Shown here one piece after another: positions 52,214-64,000 of a stretch of DNA of 64,000 nucleotides; positions within the stretch are counted from its first letter, which is position 1; the number at the start of each line of letters is the position of its first letter. The stretch lies in assembly GCA_964188305.1 (NCBI GenBank), contig OZ076886.1. One strand, written 5' to 3'. The notes beneath the pieces were generated by a model. It did no database searches and was not told the origin of the DNA. It saw only the letters and a list, made by a program, of their open reading frames with translations. Origin of the DNA: Podarcis bocagei. Its lineage: Eukaryota. The position numbers and the translations under genes were made by a program.

Positions 52214-52310
52214 CTTATAAGCAACACGGGCAGGGCATTTCTTCCCTAGCCCCAGGGGTGGAGACATGTGTCTCAGCATCTCATACATGTCCATGAAAGT
52301 CATCCGGCCC
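52214..52310 (-). CDS. CACNA1A: CACNA1A mutually exclusive exon 37b (97 nt): (W)[32 protein letters not shown]
   Basis: tcccag|G ... AAG|gtagaa; phase 2 to 0; 163-nt AG-free zone upstream. Confidence 0.96.
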
Positions 52311-53250
52311 CTGGGAGCAAAAAATTAAAAATAAAAACAACCAAAAAAAATTAATAATAATTAAAAAAGGAAAAAATACACAGAAAAATAGAAAAGAGAG
52401 AGAGATGCAAAGAAGAGAAAAATATTGGAAATCAATTGGAAAAGAAAAAAATGGAAGATAAAAATGTAAAGATTACTGTGCTGCTTATCAGCCAAGAGTT
52501 CAAATATGCTTGATCTTCATGGACGACTGGGAGTAGAAAGATGGCTCCTCAAACTGGCTGTGATCCAGCAAAATGCTTAAGTGCAAGCTCCATACTTACA
52601 GAGCTAGCGTTCCCATTGCAAATGGGACAGGTTTAACTTAAGCATGTGCCTCCATCTAGTTTACTCAGCCTCAGGTTATAAATGCAGACCACAATCCTCC
52701 ATGGGCTTATAGGGCCAAGGAGTACAGAGTCAGGTCCTCTTAGTAATGATGAGCCACAGAAAGAAGGAGAGAAAGAGAAAGACAGATTGAGATGAGAAAG
52801 CCCCTCTTTGCCAATGTGGGAGGAGGGCAGAGTGCAGGAAGAGAAGGTGGAGGGAAAGGGGGGTGGAAAGAAGTGGGGAGGGGAGGGGGGGAAATGGCAG
52901 AGGTGTCAATGGAGTCTCTGTCCTCCCCAAATGAAGTATTAATGTGCAGAGAGTGGTGGAGGTGAGTAGAGAGAGAGAGAGACTCATAGAACCCTCCAGG
53001 CCTAGCTCCAGCTAACAGCAAGCAGAGATGGTTCAAGGTAACCGGTATGCTCCATGCGTTACTGGTCTGGGTGGCAGCATCATTTCACGCATTCTGTTGG
53101 CTAATTACATTAAATTACTCTTGAAAGTGCAATATATATAGATAGGTATGTGTACAGATATATATAGATATATATATATGAAATATATATATTAAAGAAA
53201 TCATAAGCAACATTCATTCCGTTGATGCTAGCAGGTTTTAGTGTAAGTCA

Positions 53251-53412
<162 letters not shown>

Positions 53413-54479
53413 TCATGAACACACAGAACATAGCAGGACTGCTGGCTAGAGACCTTCAGTCCAGCCATACCACCCCCCACAGGGCTTATGGAGAAACTGT
53501 ACATTCCCATTGGTGGCAGCAGGGGAAAGGGGCTTCTCAGAGCTGTGCAGCCCAGGTTTTGCTGCAGCTCTATTGGGTTCTCCATCAGTACTGGGAAAGA
53601 AGATGAGCCAGTACCATTTCCATTAATATATAGGGTGACAGGAAGATAGGGGAATGACACACAACTACGCAGCATGGTGAGATTTATCAAAGATCATGTG
53701 TCAAGTGTGAGCTGAGGTCCCAACTTGGGTATTTCTTCCATTAGGCATTGCTGCCTTTCTGTAACTCACAATGGACGCTTTAAAACCAGTCATTGTGCCA
53801 TGGACTCTAGGAGCCCTGGGCTTCCCATTCCAACATTTTTCTTCCTTATTATTAAATGCATAGAAACCAGTGCTCAGGCAGGGGCAGACCTGGTTTTCCT
53901 GCCCCTGCATGGCACAGGCTCCCTGATGAACACTCCCTCAGCTGGGCTTGGCAGGTTTTGCCAGTTAGGGCTGGCAGCGTAAACAAACACATTAAACCTG
54001 GACACAACGGGCATTCATTCTCAACAGGGCACAGGGGTGACAAACGATACCAAGAGAACGCTGGGTGGACCTTCTGTTAGGTGCCAATTATCACAACTCT
54101 GCTCACTGTGCCTGCTTGCAGCAGCAGAGTGCTTGGCCTCCTCCCCAGCAAACCATAAAAAAATTACAAGAATAGTTACACACCAGAATGATAGGCACAC
54201 ACATACACATGCTCTCTCTCTCTGTCTCACATACACAAACAATCAAACAAACAAACAAACACCTCTCTACAGGCCAACATTTCAGAAGTGTGTCATTTAT
54301 AACTAACAAAGCTATTGAGCACATTTCTTTGATGGCTGAACAATACATAACACTGGTAGGTTCTGTGACGGCTTCCAAGTCAGTACCACAATAACCCTTT
54401 TTTAGCTCACATACTACTAACAGGAAGCATAGCCGCTACCATCAGGGGCTTCACTGAGATAAGTGTCTGGCTCAATAAA

Positions 54480-54577
54480 TAAATAAAAATTAAAATTGTC
54501 CAATAGCACCTTACAGACCAACTAAGTTGGTTCTGAGTATAAGCTTTCATGTGCATGCACACTTCTTCAGATACACA
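54480..54577. mobile_element. Possible Penelope-like element terminal remnant
   Basis: gcaccttacagaccaact...agctttcatgtgcatgcacacttcttcagatac resembles PLE ends; a similar remnant lies near 23690-23880. Confidence 0.4.
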
Positions 54578-54725
54578 TGTCTGGCTCAAGTGACACTAGT
54601 GATGTTACTCAGTTTTCCTACAGTAGGGGCTACATAGCCCACTAGGTAGAATAGGGAAATGGCAACAGGTATCCCTGGGCACAAGGGGCCATACATCATG
54701 CCCTTTTGGACATATGGGATAATGT

Positions 54726-54727
<2 letters not shown>

Positions 54728-54765
<38 letters not shown>
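54728..54765. repeat. (GT)n microsatellite
   Basis: Dinucleotide run. Confidence 0.95.
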
Positions 54766-54767
<2 letters not shown>

Positions 54768-55487
54768 AGTTGACAGAGTCCAGCTGCAAAAACCTAAAAT
54801 TAAAAGAGGAAATGTTAATCAGAGATAAACCCCCCCCCCATATCTGCTTCTTGCAATCTCTTGTTCCTAGTGAGACCCACAGAAATTAGCCAACAGGAAT
54901 GGGAATGGCAGAGTGGCAGTGGCCACAGATCCACACTGACTGGAACTCAGCTAAGGTGGGTGACTCACAATGGAGCTGCATGCAAACAGGGGCAGTGGCT
55001 CCAGTCTCTGCCTCAGATTAGGCTTCTGCCTTTCTCTCACATCATTACAGATAAGGACTGTATCTACCAATGTGACATCATATCTTCGCTCTGTTAGAGT
55101 AGAACAAGCATAAGACTATTTTTCTTTTGTAGTCCTAAATACTGTTTTCCTTCCTGAGATGAACAAAAATGCAGGAGTCGATGCTCCTACCAGCCAATGC
55201 ACTTCTTGTGTGAAAGTAATGTAGAGAGCATAGGTGTCTTAGCTTTCACACTGCTAAATCTCTTTCCTAATAGAGTTGGAATCAGCAGAACCCAGGAATC
55301 TTAAGCTGTAGCCTCCCTGCCCAGCTTCTAAGGCCTAATTCTTCTCCATCCCCTGCCCCTGTTTTCCTTACTAAGGAGAGTTTCCCCCAAGCATGGATCA
55401 ATTTGATCCACTTTCCCAAGCTTATGCTTGGTGTGGGGCAATGGCTGTGAGTACAGTATTGGGAACGGCCAGGTAGGCATGTCCTTA

Positions 55488-55655
<168 letters not shown>

Positions 55656-58183
55656 TTAAGTAACTGGTGAAATGCTCAATAATGCTGAGAATTATCATCT
55701 TGCTGCAAACCAAGGCTTAGGCCCAGAGTCTATGTGACCTCAAGTAACTAGAGAGAGGGACCAACATGGCAAATGGTGGCACACCCCTTCGCCTCTCCCC
55801 CCCCCCATTGCATATTAGCAACGGTAACATGAACAAACTTACATATGCAGATATGCAGGCACAAAAGTAACATTTTAAAACTTGGAATGAGCATACCTGT
55901 GAGTAGAACAATACAACTTACCATTTACCTGCTGACATTCTCTCTTACACATACATACAATTTGCCACAAAGCAAAGCTGCTGCCTACCTCAAGCCACCT
56001 CCTGTGGTTGCAACCACCACTGCCACACTAGATCATGCTTGGGAGCTGCAGGTCCTTCTTGCAGCTACCAAACAACCTGTTCCTCATTTGAGAAATGAAG
56101 CTGCAATTCACTCAAAAGCTGTCCTTCCCTGACTCTAGAGTGCAAATGGCAGAAAATAATATACTAACAGCTAACTGAATTCTCTGAATATTGCCTTATG
56201 AAGCCAAAACGGTATAATCCACACACAAGCAGGTGTGACAGAAAACCCCAGGTTTGCAGAAGGACAAAAAAGCTTCTTTTTTTAAACCATAATTTCCCAT
56301 TTTTGTGTTCTCCCCCAGGCCTGCAACAACCACCAGCTAGCATTCCTGAGCAAGCATAGCCCTCAGTGTGTGTTGCAGAGGACTCAACAGTTCAATGAGG
56401 ACTAAGCTTGCTCAGTAGCCATGGAATGTTGCCTGATGGTGGGAGGAAAAACAACATGGAAAATCAGAGGGGAGGGGAAATTGAATGGGGTATCCTCAAA
56501 GAGCTCTTGGCTAGCTAACTAAAATCCTGAACTGGAAGACTCCATATTGCAAGTACTACTTGTTACTGGTACTACTTGTTCGCTACAAAATACAGCAGCT
56601 CTTCATTCGAGTGGAGATACCACACTGGGTTTTATTGCTTCAGAGCTTCAGGTATCCTCTCCCACTAGTACCACTAATTGGTGAGAGAACAGATGTTGAC
56701 CAATGTTGGAGCCATTCCCCAAGCTCCTCCTTCACCAGTCAGGACTGACCAACCATAGAGGCAAACTAAGCAACTGCCTAGAGTGCCTATATTTCTGGGA
56801 GACAGATAAAGATACTTGAGTGTTCCTGCTGGAATTGCTCAGTATCTACAGCAGTAAAAACACACACTTAAAAACCATTAAAAACAGCTCTTTTTACAAA
56901 TGCAGAGAGAAGGGGGAATATAAGTAAATTTTATGATCTGATTCAAGATACAGAACAAACAACCAGTAATTTTATGGAAAAAAATTAGAAAGCATATGGG
57001 TATGAAATAAATACATATAAATGGAAATAAATATGAGCTCATAGTCTTCAAAGGTAATCAGCTGATTTAAAGTAAAATTATTATAAAAATCAGTATTAAT
57101 GGGACTGTGCCCCTTATAAGCTGAATTTGATATAGAATACTGATGAGGACAAACTGTTGGAGATGTGGGGAAAGAAAAGCAGACTTTATACATATTTTTG
57201 GTGTGTGTCCTATTATTCAATCTGTTTTGAAAACAATCCTTAATACTACTATGGATTATCTTATGCCTCATTATCTTAGGACTGTATTTTTAGGATTTTT
57301 TAAAAAATTAATTTCATAAAATAACTTGGAGGTGGTAGTTAATTTATTAACAGCCACAAAAATAACAATTGCCAAGTATTGGAAAAGCAGAATACACCAT
57401 CTTTTTTAGAGTGGATAGAGAAGGTATGGTCTATCATAACAATGACTTAACTTATTTTAACAGAACACATGTAAACCAATCAAACAAAATCATGGAAAAA
57501 TGGGCAATGTTCATTATGTTCTAGAATTATAAATAACAGGGCAATGTATATATGACGCTTTCAAGTGACTGTAGTTTTACAAGATATGTCAATAAAAATA
57601 CTAATAATTAAAAAAATCAAACTCTCACATGGTACAAGACTATGTGGGGAGAAGTGTATTGTTCATCACCAGGGATTGTACAGGTACCAGCTAATAAAAG
57701 TATATGATAGTTGCACAACCACAGAAGTGCTCGCTGGAGGGAAAGTTGCATTCTCCATGTGATTAATATTTGAATGCTAGAAAAAAGCGATCTTCCTCTG
57801 GCAAAACACCCAAATGTTTATAATGCTATTAGGAATGCCTTCTCTGATTGACACTTATGGCACTTAAAAATACGTGTGTGCCAATCTAACACACTAAAAG
57901 CACACAATACCTATTTACCCACCTTCCCCATTCATCCCCTTTGCTCATTCTGTTACTGTACAGTTGATAATAATGAAAAACATTGTCTCTAAAAACAAAC
58001 AGCCCTGTAACTCCTGCATCATGTTGTGGAAAGATGTCCTAATCCCCACAACAAGTGTTTACTACTGCATAATGAAACTGTCACCTTAGAAAGGTGGTCT
58101 GCTGGCATCCTGGTTCTATCAAACTGTGTATCACAGTCCTATGCCCCCCCCGCCCCCGCTCCCCTTTATGAATTTTGACTCAC

Positions 58184-58334
58184 CAGGAAAGAGCACAAGA
58201 AGATGAAGGAAACAAAATAGAAGTATGCAAATTCATTGCCACACTCTTTGCCTTTGAGGTCTGCTTTCTCATCACAGAGCTTTCCACTCAGACAGGAGAG
58301 CATGATCTCATGCCAAGCCTCACCTGTGGCACTT
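58184..58334 (-). CDS. CACNA1A: CACNA1A exon 35 (151 nt): [50 protein letters not shown]
   Basis: ttag|A ... CTG|gtgagt; domain IV selectivity-filter glutamate (TGEAW). Confidence 0.97.
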
Positions 58335-58761
58335 CTAAGAAAGCGAGAAGAGAAAAAGAAGACAGTGAGCATTGGGGATCCACCACAGCTGGGATGGCAG
58401 CATCTCCATATCAATAAAGGTCCATAACAACCAATAAAGGTCCATAAGCTTTTGGGGTCTCACAACAGAACTGTAGCTACCTCCAGAACACATGGGTGGT
58501 AGGTACAGAAAAACCCCTTGACTGTGATGTAGAAGCTTGTTAATACTGGGATTTTTCATTTAGTCTGTTGATTCAGTCACTTTTTGGATGAGCAAAAGAA
58601 GTACTGTATAGTGCAATCTCTGATCCTTTAATGAAATATACTCAGTTTGTTTTAGGTACAGCTACTGCCCTGCATCTAGGAGACTGTGCATCTTTTGCAT
58701 TGGGCAGGGCCTTGGCTAGATGAAGTGGGCTTCCTGCGCATGAATAAGGTCTGGGCCTCAC

Positions 58762-58877
58762 CTAAAGAGAAGCATTAGGGCTTGAAAGAATGTGCGGAAA
58801 TTGTTGTGCTCGGTGATGGCAGGTTTCTCATCTTCGGACATATCTTCATCAAACTCAATGCTAATGTTACCAAAGAC
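58762..58877 (-). CDS. CACNA1A: CACNA1A exon 34 (116 nt): VFGNISIEFDEDMSEDEKPAITEHNNFRTFFQALMLLF(R)
   Basis: tctcag|GTC ... AG|gtgagg. Confidence 0.97.
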
Positions 58878-59758
58878 CTGAGAAGACAAACAAATAAAAA
58901 CAAAATGAAGAAAAAGCCTTGAAATACAAAAGATCCAAAAAGAAAACTTCAGGAAAGAGTAGGTTTCCAAACATTGCTATCTAGTGGTGGTAGAGCCATT
59001 GCTTGTAGCAATGGATGTAGGTCACCTATCAGCGAGGCTAGGTGGGGCTCATTTTCATGTTTGGAGAGGAAATGAAAAGGTAATCTGTTCCTGACCACAG
59101 CCTACATGGACTAGGGACAACAAAAGGCCAGAACAGGCTGCCAGCAGTTGAAACCAACCCCAGGCAGTTTACTGTGGGGCTGGTTACAAGGACAGACTGA
59201 ATGTAAGATATCCCAGCAAAAAACAACTTGCAGAATTCTTCCAGTACCAGTCACCTTAAATAGTCCTGCAGCAAAGTGGGTGCTTCAGGATGAATACTTA
59301 AAGGGGATGTGTCTCATTCTCTGACATCAAATCTCTTCTGATAGCAGGAGTGGGACAGTGCAGTTGTACACTAAGCTTTTATAAGGCAAGGTAAGGCAAT
59401 ACTACAGGGACAACACTCATCCTAACCTGGAATGCTGTTATAACAATGAGGATGACAGGCACCAAGCTGTCTGTCTTCAGCTTGTACTAGGGTTTATTGT
59501 ACAAGCAGGAAGACCTCAGGCATGTTGCAAGGGTGAGGTAGATGTTCTTAACGTTGACACTACAATGTGCTAAAGTGCTCCATAAGTTAAGTCTTCTGCA
59601 GTTTGGGGGCAGCTCCCAACTAGGCTGGTCCTCACTTTACAAGTTCAAAGGCTCCAGCACAAAAACAGCAGTATGTTATTGTACCTAAGCTAAGCACTAG
59701 AGACATTGCAGCATTCATGGTGAAACCCAGCATGGGATAGTAGCTTACTGGCACTTAC

Positions 59759-59824
59759 CTGCATTCCAATAATCGCATAAATGAAGAAGAGCATTGCAAT
59801 CAGCAGACACACATACGGAAGGGC
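59759..59824 (-). CDS. CACNA1A: CACNA1A exon 33 (66 nt), IVS5: [22 protein letters not shown]
   Basis: ctag|GCC ... CAG|gtaagt. Confidence 0.97.
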
Positions 59825-60380
59825 CTAGTGAGGGAAAAACATGAGCATACATTATTCTTTTTTTAAGTTTCACATTTTGTGTGTGTGTACCACACTTGTT
59901 TTACTGGGAATATGGCTCCCTTCTTCTTACAAACTGATTGCTGTCACTGAATCAATGAAAGAGATTGCTTGTAGGCCAGTCTTCCCCACCCTGCTGCCCT
60001 ACAACTACATCAGCCTCAGTCAGTATGGTCAATGGTCAGGAATGAAGGAGGATGGGAGTCAACTGGAGGGACCATGTTGAAGAAGGCTGTTGTGGACTCT
60101 ATCACTCCTTCCTCTAATCCCTGCCACATCGTGACTACAGAAATTGTGCAGTGATTACTTACCCATGCAAAAGGGTGAGTTAATGAAACATGATTCAACT
60201 TCAACAACATGAAAGAAAGTATTCATGATTCAAAGTGCATGATAAGAGGTGGTGAATGAACAGAGAAATAAACAGGTAGATGGATGAGGTTGGATGTCTC
60301 TAGCTATAATCTCCTAAACTTTCTGCACTCCTACTACTTCCCTCCCTTTCTCTCTCAACCACCCACAACTTCAAATCTCA

Positions 60381-60659
<279 letters not shown>

Positions 60660-63600
60660 TCACTGAATAGCAAAGAAAGGGAGAGGGATCACACACATGA
60701 AGAAAATTAGCATGATAATAAGGCCACCCCTCTACTTGGAAAATCATCCATTTGGAAAATCAGTGATAATTCATTAGCACATGATTACATTTTTTTAAAA
60801 TATACCCACAACCAAATGCACTGATATTTTTTGACACAAGCAGGCAGAACATTATTGTGTGGCCTCACATCACACATGTTCTGTGCACACAAATCTGGAG
60901 AGAGGAGATAGCAAGACAAGTGCCAGTGAGGAAGAAGAGAGCTGAGAAATGTCTGGAGACTTGCACTCATATCATTCTCGATGGAAAATGCATCTGTTCT
61001 GTGCACCCAACAGGTGTTGGGCCACACCCCAAGCCCTGAAGGAAGAGCTTAGTTCAACAAATTTGTAGCTAAAAGAAGGATTTGTGATTCTGGCAAGATA
61101 GGAAAAACATTCTCCTGTTGGGTTCACCAAGATGCATTTTTATCTGTCTCCTTCAGAGGAAATGGCATATAAGCTTCTGGGATAAAACGAATACATTGAA
61201 GTGTGACAATGTACTGCTTAGTTGCAAAGTGTTCTATGGTCAGACACCCACAGCCCCTGAGAGCGAAAGATGCCCAAGGTTTCTGAGGGTTAGGATATCA
61301 CCTGAGTTTGGACAATAGAATATTGATGTATGTGTTTGTGTATCTCTAGTAACTACCACTGAGACCTTCAGACACTTTCTAAAAAAGAGTTCCAGTAAAG
61401 GTTGGAAGAAAGGCCTAGCACAGAAAAAGATAAACTTAGATACAAAATGCCAACTTATATTTAACTCATGTAAGAAACACATGAGCTTTATCCCTGGGCA
61501 AAAGCCCTTGAACAGGAACCTGTATTTTAGCCCCAGTATGAATGGTTAAGTGCTTTAGTAATCTATGCACCATGGATCCTTCCTGGGTTTTGATATTGAA
61601 CTCAATGGAACCACACTTTGATCTCACTGGAACCCGAATTGCATGTTCAAGCAATGAGAACACTGTAAAGGGACAACCTGGCTGGCTCTAACGGTTCCAA
61701 AGAGAATTACCATGTGGCTTCACCATAGTACACTAAACAGTGCAAGTGATCTGGCGGATTGAGTGTGTAGGGATATCTATGCAACATACATCACAGGAAT
61801 GAATGTAGTTGCACCAACATCTCCCTCAAGACTCATGAAAGTACCTGTGCTACAGCGCCCCTCATACACAAACTCCAAAGAAAACTGCACAAAAAAGACT
61901 CAGGCAATACACATGCCAAAAGATTGGTGTGACCACTCAACATGTACCGGCTTGCTACATGCCTTGCTATATAATTATAAAACAAAGACTGAGGAATTGC
62001 CATGCAGTTACACAGTGGACATTATAAGTGTGTGATAACACAGTGGACAGTGTGGTTCTTGCAGCCAAATATATCCATGTACTGTAATAGGATTTATTTT
62101 CTCTTCTGAAAAGAACCTAATTGCTGCATCTTCACTCTTTGTATGCATGTGCTTGCATGTGTGTTCCCAGAAGCTATAAGCCCATCCTTCTCCAACCCTC
62201 CAAAAAGGCTGTTCCTCTAATTGGGATTTCAGTGGACATGCATGGTGGCAGTAGTGGAGGTGGCTCTGTGACACATACAATGGGGTGAAACCAGTTTGTT
62301 AAAACTGCCATGCTCAGATCATGCAGGACAAACAAAGAATGATATTCATGCAGAGGGAAAGAGAGACAGGCAGGGGACCCACACCCATTTCCAGTTGGAA
62401 ATATATGCCCACACAGACCATTAGGAATGGTGCCACACACCATTCTCTCTTTCCTATTAACCACCTGTATTCCAAAGTTCACTTCCTACATTACTTTTTA
62501 AGCCTATTCTAAGGTCAATATCTTAAGTGGACAATCTTTCAGCCAACACATTTAGCTCTTTTGTTTAAACCAATATATATATTTCAGCTCTGCCCCTTGC
62601 CTTTTGAATCTTATTCTAGGACACAATGATGCAGTGAAAGTAAACTATTTAACCGGTGGAAACCTGTGTCAGACTAGATCTAGAAACACCCCCCCCCCCA
62701 GTTCCACTGTCTCTAGTCCTCCAAACCTCTTTTGCCTGCCCATTTCCTTTCAGACAAAATCCACAGTCCTAGCTCAGCTTTCTTCTTGTATCCTACTTTC
62801 TTCAGTTCCATTCCATGTCTCCACCTACAAATTTTATTGCATTTTTTCAGTCCACTCTACTTTGCCCCACACTTTTTATTCATCCTGTCTCTTTTGGCTA
62901 ACAGTCCTAGCACTCTCCTGCCCCAAACATACACCATACACCTGCATCTTGATCTTACACATTGTAGAATTTCTTCACTGCCGCCTCCTCCTTTTCTTTT
63001 TTGTCTCAACTCCCGTTGCTGCTTTTTCCTAGCTCACCTACCCTTCCTTCAGATTCCCTGCTTTCAGTCCATTTCCTACTCTGTACCATTCATTCTGCCT
63101 CCCTTCTTCTGAACACTTTATCACTAAGCTTCACTACAGGCCACTGTCAATTTACCCTCCCTCAGAAAAGCTGGACTTTAAGTAGCAATGTCCTTTCAGC
63201 AACTGAATATTTAGATCATTGTACCAAGTCAGCCAACCAGTATAGGAGGCATCACTGTGTCTGTGATGTGTGTCTGTTTCAATTTGATTTATATTTATTA
63301 TATATATGTCTGTTTCATTTTGAAGAAGTTTTCTCAACAGATTCCTCTTGAGATTTTGTTAAATATGTGAAACGGACGTACATGCAATCTTTCAAAATTA
63401 ATGTCTACCCTAATCTTAAGAGGAGTATCGGTGTGTGTTAGAAAAGTAAGACTGAAAGTGGCTCAGAGAAATAAAATTGAGGATTTCTCTTTGACTCACC
63501 GTCCACAACTGACTCTCAGGAAAAGGGATGTTAATATCCCTCTCAATACTCCTAAATGGGCTTGGGCTAATTTCCATAGTTATAATGATATTTTACTTCT

Positions 63601-64000
63601 TCTAAGGGATTGTTCTACCTCAACTGACCAAAGCAGAGATTGTCTGTGCAATGCTGAAAGTGTATGGAGAATCTTAATATCGCTGAGAGGACCTTAGGGT
63701 CAGTTCATGTGTGAGGAAATGTGTTTGCGTGTGTTGTGTTTAGGTGGTAAGTGGATACCCAGCTAAAGTTGTATGCATTAAGGGAAGGTTAAATGTGAAA
63801 AGTTTTGAGTGAATGGGCATGCCTGTGCATGCAGAATGAAGCTGGGGGTGCAGGGCTTTTCTGTACTTGTTCAGATAGCTATTGACAAGTGGGATTTTTA
63901 GGTCTTCTATTTGACTGCGCACACACTGCAAAAAGTATGTGCTTGGAGGTGATGCCAGATGATATGCAAAGTATCTGCAGTATTTCAACTGTGGTGGATG

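Noticed and set aside
54107-54140. Short exon-like segment with a CA|gtgagc donor in intron 36
   Set aside because: Only GAG acceptors preceded by a G-run; too weak to support without RNA data.

Overview
Vertebrate genomic DNA, probably from a lacertid lizard, judged from a Sauria/Squam1-type SINE and squamate-type hAT and Tigger MITEs. Most of the window (~5.7-64 kb, minus strand) is the 3' third of CACNA1A (Cav2.1, P/Q-type channel alpha1A). I traced 17 coding exons equivalent to human exons 32-47, covering domain IV S4-S6, EF-hand, IQ and the distal C-terminus, with consistent splice sites and reading phase. They include mutually exclusive 37a/37b, cassette exons 43 and 44, a GC-AG intron after exon 38, and the GGCAG/TAG alternative acceptor of exon 47. 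At the left end are the CpG promoter and signal-peptide first exon of a second minus-strand gene, probably MAN2B1, with TFEB/CLEAR-like boxes. The main leads are: (1) an in-frame 12/24-nt microexon or recursive splice site in intron 46; (2) a young hAT element that appears to carry a captured CpG promoter plus first coding exon, in sense orientation in intron 43; (3) the conserved DDWC PDZ ligand changed to DDCC; (4) several candidate poison exons, Rbfox motif clusters and long AG-free zones around the alternative exons. Exon numbers follow the human convention, and comparisons with mammalian proteins are from memory, not from a search.
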